From Balanoglossus misakiensis (lineage: Eukaryota; Animalia; Hemichordata), in NCBI GenBank assembly GCA_040954595.2, contig CM082578.2:1532831-1596830 (forward strand): a stretch of 64,000 bases of DNA. The letters run 5' to 3'. Positions within the stretch are counted from its first letter, which is position 1, and each line of letters starts with the position of its first letter. Shown piece after piece: positions 59,001-64,000 of the stretch. A model generated the notes under the pieces. The model saw only the letters and a program-made list of their open reading frames with translations, made no database searches and was not told the DNA's origin. The position numbers were made by a program, and so were the translations under genes.

Positions 59001-60400
59001 ACATAAATGATGAGTTGAGCAGGGGTCACAGGTGACGCAAAACTTTGGCTTTTCATTATGGCCCCATACCTCCAAATGCCAAGGCTGTATCTGCTGTGGA
59101 TGTCGACATATGCAAAAGTAACTCAAAGGTCACCCAAGGTCACCCAACATTTGGGCAAAAATTTTTGACCCAATACTGGTCCATGTCCAACAAAAACCAA
59201 ACCTCTAGGTCTATTGTTGCATCTGTAATTAGGTATGCGCATATTTAATGAGGTCAGCAGAGGTCAAAGGGGTCATGAAAAGTAGCAAAAATTTTTGATC
59301 ACATACAAAACCACATACATCAAAAACCAAACTTATAGCCCTATTGGTTAGCCTGGAATTAGATATGCAGAAAAATGATGCGTCAAAAGTAGGTCAAAGG
59401 TCATTGCCAAAATTACGAAAATATTTATAGCTTATTCTTGTCATATGATGATTCATATCCATAAAAAGAATTTCTGTGCTATCAATTTTTAGGCTAGAAA
59501 CGGAATTTTTACTTTTTAATCGTTGTTCACGAAATCCAATATGGCCGCCAAAATCTTCGACCAATCACAATGATCTTAGCAAACTTGATAGACATCAGTG
59601 TAGTGACCATATTCCCCAAATCTTGTGACTTGGTTATCGCTGGTTCTTGAGAAGAAGATTTTTGAAATTTTACTAGGGTTTTTCGAAAATCCAATATGGC
59701 CGCCATAATCTTCGACCAATCACAATGATCTTCGCAAACTTGATAGACCTCAGTTTGGTGACCACATACCCCAAACCCAGTGTCTCGGTTATCACCGGTT
59801 CTGGAGAAGAAGATTTTTGAAATTTAAGCCAGATTTCAGAAAAAAAATTGTAGCAAAAAAACTGCAACTTTGTCAGCATAATTTCCAATTACAAAAATGA
59901 TGGGCAGAAGGTAGTCTACCTGCACGCCAAATTTGAAGTCGATCTGACTTGTAGTTTCTGAGATCTGAGATTTGCATATTTTCAGAAAATCCAAGATGGC
60001 TGCCAGGTCATGTGACTAATTAGAAATTCAAGGGTTCAATGCACGACTACTCATTGACCTTGACCACTGTAGCAAGTTTCAGAAGTGTACCTGCAGGGGT
60101 GTCTGAGATCTAGAGCGACAAAGAATTGACACAAGAATAAAGAAAGAAAGAAAGAAAGAAGAAAGAAAAACCCCAACGAAACCAATAGGGCCCAAGCGCT
60201 GGTATGCGCTTGGGCCCTAAAAACCCCAACGAAACCAATAGGGCCCAAGCGCTGGCTTGCGCTTGGGCCCTAATAATAAAGAAAAATTCCAACAATACCA
60301 ATGGGGGCACAAGCCGCCTGAGGGCGCTTGTGCCCCCAATAAAGAAAAATTCCAACAATAACAATGGGGGCACAAGCCGCCTGAGGGCGCTTGTGCCCCC
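56084..60400 (-). mobile_element. Three nested Helentron-associated non-autonomous elements (HINE/DINE-1-like)
   Basis: aattaaagctgcaagcagc end at 56084, 57286 and 58728; subTIRs gggcccaagc / ggggcacaagc; hairpin ends stacked at 60170-60400; inserted at att|aacc of a satellite monomer with no clear TSD. Confidence 0.8.
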
Positions 60401-63400
60401 AACCAGGCCATGCAGAGCTAGTGGCCAGTGTCGTGCCCATCAATATTGAGTGTTTGGTGGGGTCAACCTTTGCGTCAACATTGATTAACCAGGCCATGCA
60501 GAGCTAGTGGCCAGTGTCGTGCCCATCAATTTTGAGTGTTTGGTGGGGTCAACCTTTGCGTCAACATTGATTAGCCAGGCCAGAGCTAGTGGCCAGTGTC
60601 GTGCCCATCAATTTTGAGTGTTTGGTGGGGTCAACCTTTGCGTCAACCTTGATTAACCAGGCCATGCAGAGCTAGTGGCCAGTGTCGTGCCCATCAATTT
60701 TGAGTGTTTGGTTGGGTCAACCTTTGCGTCAACATTGATTAACCAGGCCATGCAGAGCTAGTGGCCAGTGTCGTGCCCATCAATTTTGAGTGTTTGGTGG
60801 GGTCAACCTTTGCGTCAACATTGATTAACCAGGCCATGCAGAGCTAGTGGCCAGTGTCGTGCCCATCAATTTTGAGTCTTTGGTGGGGTCAACCTTTGCG
60901 TCAACATTGATTAACCAGGCCATGCAGAGCTAGTGGCCAGTGTAGTGCCCATCAATTTTGAGTGTTTGCAGGTGTGGTCAACCTTTGCGTCAACATTGAT
61001 TAACCAGGCCATGCAGAGCTAGTGGCCAGTGTAGTGCCCATCAATTTTGAGTGTTTGAAGGTGTGGTCAACCTATGCGTCAACATTGATTAACCAGGCCA
61101 TGCAGAGCTAGTGGCCAGTGTAGTGCCCATCAATTTTGAGTGTTTGCAGGTGTGGTCAACCTTTGCGTCAACATTGATTAACCAGGCCATGCAGAGCTAG
61201 TGGCCAGTGTCGTGCCCATCAATTTTGAGTGTTTGCAGGTGTGGTCAACCTTTGCGTCAACATTGATTAACCAGGCCATGCAGAGCTAGTGGCCAGTGTA
61301 GTGCCCATCAATTTTGAGTGTTTGAAGGTGTGGTCAACCTTTGCGTCAACATTGATTAACCAGGCCATGCAGAGCTAGTGGCCAGTGTAGTGCCCATCAA
61401 TTTTGAGTGTTTGAAGGTGTGGTCAACCTTTGCGTCAACATTGATTAACCAGGCCATGCAGAGCTAGTGGCCAGTGTAGTGCCCATCAATTTTGAGTGTT
61501 TGCAGGTGTGGTCAACCTTTGCGTCAACATTGATTAACCAGGCCATGCAGAGCTAGTGGCCAGTGTCGTGCCCATCAATTTTGAGTGTTTGCAGGTGTGG
61601 TCAACCTTTGCGTCAACATTGATTAACCAGGCCATGCAGAGCTAGTGGCCAGTGTCGTGCCAATCAATTTTGAGTGTTTGGTGGGGTCAACCTTTGCGTC
61701 AACATTGATTAACCAGGCCATGCAGAGCTAGTGGCCAGTGTCGTGCCCATCAATTTTGAGTGTTTGGTGGGGTCAACCTTTGTGTCAACATTGATTAACC
61801 AGTCCATGCAGAGCTAGTAGCCAGTGTCGTGCCCATCAATTTTGAGTGTTTGGTGGGGTCAACCTTTGCGTCAACATTGATTAACCAGGCCATGCAGAGC
61901 TAGTGGCCAGTGTCGTGCCCATCAATTTTGAGTGTTTGGTGGGGTCAACCTTTGCGTCAACATTGATTAACCAGGCCATGCAGAGCTAGTGGCCAGTGTC
62001 GTGCCCATCAATTTTGAGTGTTTGGTGGGGTCAACCTTTGCGTCAACATTGATTAACCAGGCCATGCAGAGCTAGTGGCCAGTGTCGTGCCCATCAATTT
62101 TGAGTGTTTGGTGGGGTCAACCTTTGCGTCAGCATTGATTAGCCAGGCCAGAGCTAGTGGCCAGTGTCGTGCCCATTAATTTTGATTGTTTGGTGGGGTC
62201 AACCCTTGCGTCAGCATTGATTAGCCAGGCCAGAGCTAGTGGCCAGTGTCGTGCCCATCAATTTTGAGTGTTTGGTGGGGTCAACCTTTGCGTCAACATT
62301 GATTAGCCAGGCCAGAGCTAGTGGCCAGTGTCGTGCCCATCAATTTTGAGTGTTTGGTGGGGTCAACCTTTGCGTCAACCTTGATTAACCAGGCCATGCA
62401 GAGCTAGTGGCCAGTGTCGTGCCCATCAATTTTGAGTGTTTGGTTGGGTCAACCTTTGCGTCAACATTGATTAACCAGGCCATGCAGAGCTAGTGGCCAG
62501 TGTCGTGCCCATCAATTTTGAGTGTTTGGTGGGGTCAACCTTTGCGTCAACATTGATTAACCAGGCCATGCAGAGCTAGTGGCCAGTGTCGTGCCCATCA
62601 ATTTTGAGTCTTTGGTGGGGTCAACCTTTGCGTCAACATTGATTAACCAGGCCATGCAGAGCTAGTGGCCAGTGTAGTGCCCATCAATTTTGAGTGTTTG
62701 CAGGTGTGGTCAACCTTTGCGTCAACATTGATTAACCAGGCCATGCAGAGCTAGTGGCCAGTGTAGTGCCCATCAATTTTGAGTGTTTGAAGGTGTGGTC
62801 AACCTTTGCGTCAACATTGATTAACCAGGCCATGCAGAGCTAGTGGCCAGTGTCGTGCCAATCAATTTTGAGTGTTTGGTGGGGTCAACCTTTGCGTCAA
62901 CATTGATTAACCAGGCCATGCAGAGCTAGTGGCCAGTGTCGTGCCCATCAATTTTGAGTGTTTGGTGGGGTCAACCTTTGTGTCAACATTGATTAACCAG
63001 TCCATGCAGAGCTAGTAGCCAGTGTCGTGCCCATCAATTTTGAGTGTTTGGTGGGGTCAACCTTTGCGTCAACATTGATTAACCAGGCCATGCAGAGCTA
63101 GTGGCCAGTGTCGTGCCCATCAATTTTGAGTGTTTGGTGGGGTCAACCTTTGCGTCAACATTGATTAACCAGGCCATGCAGAGCTAGTGGCCAGTGTCGT
63201 GCCCATCAATTTTGAGTGTTTGGTGGGGTCAACCTTTGCGTCAACATTGATTAACCAGGCCATGCAGAGCTAGTGGCCAGTGTCGTGCCCATCAATTTTG
63301 AGTGTTTGGTGGGGTCAACCTTTGCGTCAGCATTGATTAGCCAGGCCAGAGCTAGTGGCCAGTGTCGTGCCCATTAATTTTGATTGTTTGGTGGGGTCAA

Positions 63401-64000
63401 CCCTTGCGTCAGCATTGATTAGCCAGGCCAGAGCTAGTGGCCAGTGTCGTGCCCATCAATTTTGAGTGTTTGGTGGGGTCAACCTTTGCGTCAACATTGA
63501 TTAGCCAGGCCAGAGCTAGTGGCCAGTGTCGTGCCCATCAATTTTGAGTGTTTGGTGGGGTCAACCTTTGCGTCAACCTTGATTAACCAGGCCATGCAGA
63601 GCTAGTGGCCAGTGTCGTGCCCATCAATTTTGAGTGTTTGGTTGGGTCAACCTTTGCGTCAACATTGATTAACCAGGCCATGCAGAGCTAGTGGCCAGTG
63701 TCGTGCCCATCAATTTTGAGTGTTTGGTGGGGTCAACCTTTGCGTCAACATTGATTAACCAGGCCATGCAGAGCTAGTGGCCAGTGTCGTGCCCATCAAT
63801 TTTGAGTCTTTGGTGGGGTCAACCTTTGCGTCAACATTGATTAACCAGGCCATGCAGAGCTAGTGGCCAGTGTAGTGCCCATCAATTTTGAGTGTTTGCA
63901 GGTGTGGTCAACCTTTGCGTCAACATTGATTAACCAGGCCATGCAGAGCTAGTGGCCAGTGTAGTGCCCATCAATTTTGAGTGTTTGAAGGTGTGGTCAA
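60401..64000. repeat. Satellite array, continued to the window end
   Basis: Same monomer; resumes in register (aaccaggcc) after the insertion. Confidence 0.98.

Noticed and set aside
60051-60497. Overlapping repetitive ORFs at the end of the HINE stack
   Set aside because: Chance frames through stacked palindromic element ends.
47716-64000. CRISPR-like array
   Set aside because: Monomers are head-to-tail with no unique spacers, there are no cas genes, and the context is eukaryotic; it is a satellite.

Overview
AT-rich animal genomic DNA, probably from a marine invertebrate (inference from gene and repeat content). 488-30526 (+) holds the 3' portion (about 35 exons) of a very large Uninflatable/SVEP1-like single-pass membrane protein gene: CUB, sushi, Ca-EGF, HYR, SEA-like, ephrin-receptor-like Cys repeats, EGF, TM and an NPxY tail. 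Its 5' end lies upstream of the window. The main finding is a complete two-domain microbial-type expansin (EXLX1/YoaJ-like DPBB + CBM63) module. It is encoded by three spliced exons (12185-13711), sits between Thr-rich mucin stalks, and lies within an ~830-aa insert that splits one sushi domain. The gene copy carries several apparent lesions (two frameshifts, one broken donor, two missing exons). Introns hold many DNA-transposon MITEs, decayed piggyBac and pogo elements, Crypton-like hairpin elements and a Penelope-type minimal hammerhead ribozyme. Downstream are a ~6.5-kb block present twice (31022-37778 and 41433-47715), an L2-clade LINE with a target-site duplication (TSD) inside an LTR-element remnant, and an 82/86/88-bp satellite array (47716-64000). 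The array is interrupted by three nested Helentron-type (HINE) elements (56084-60400). All calls were made by eye; no database searches were run.
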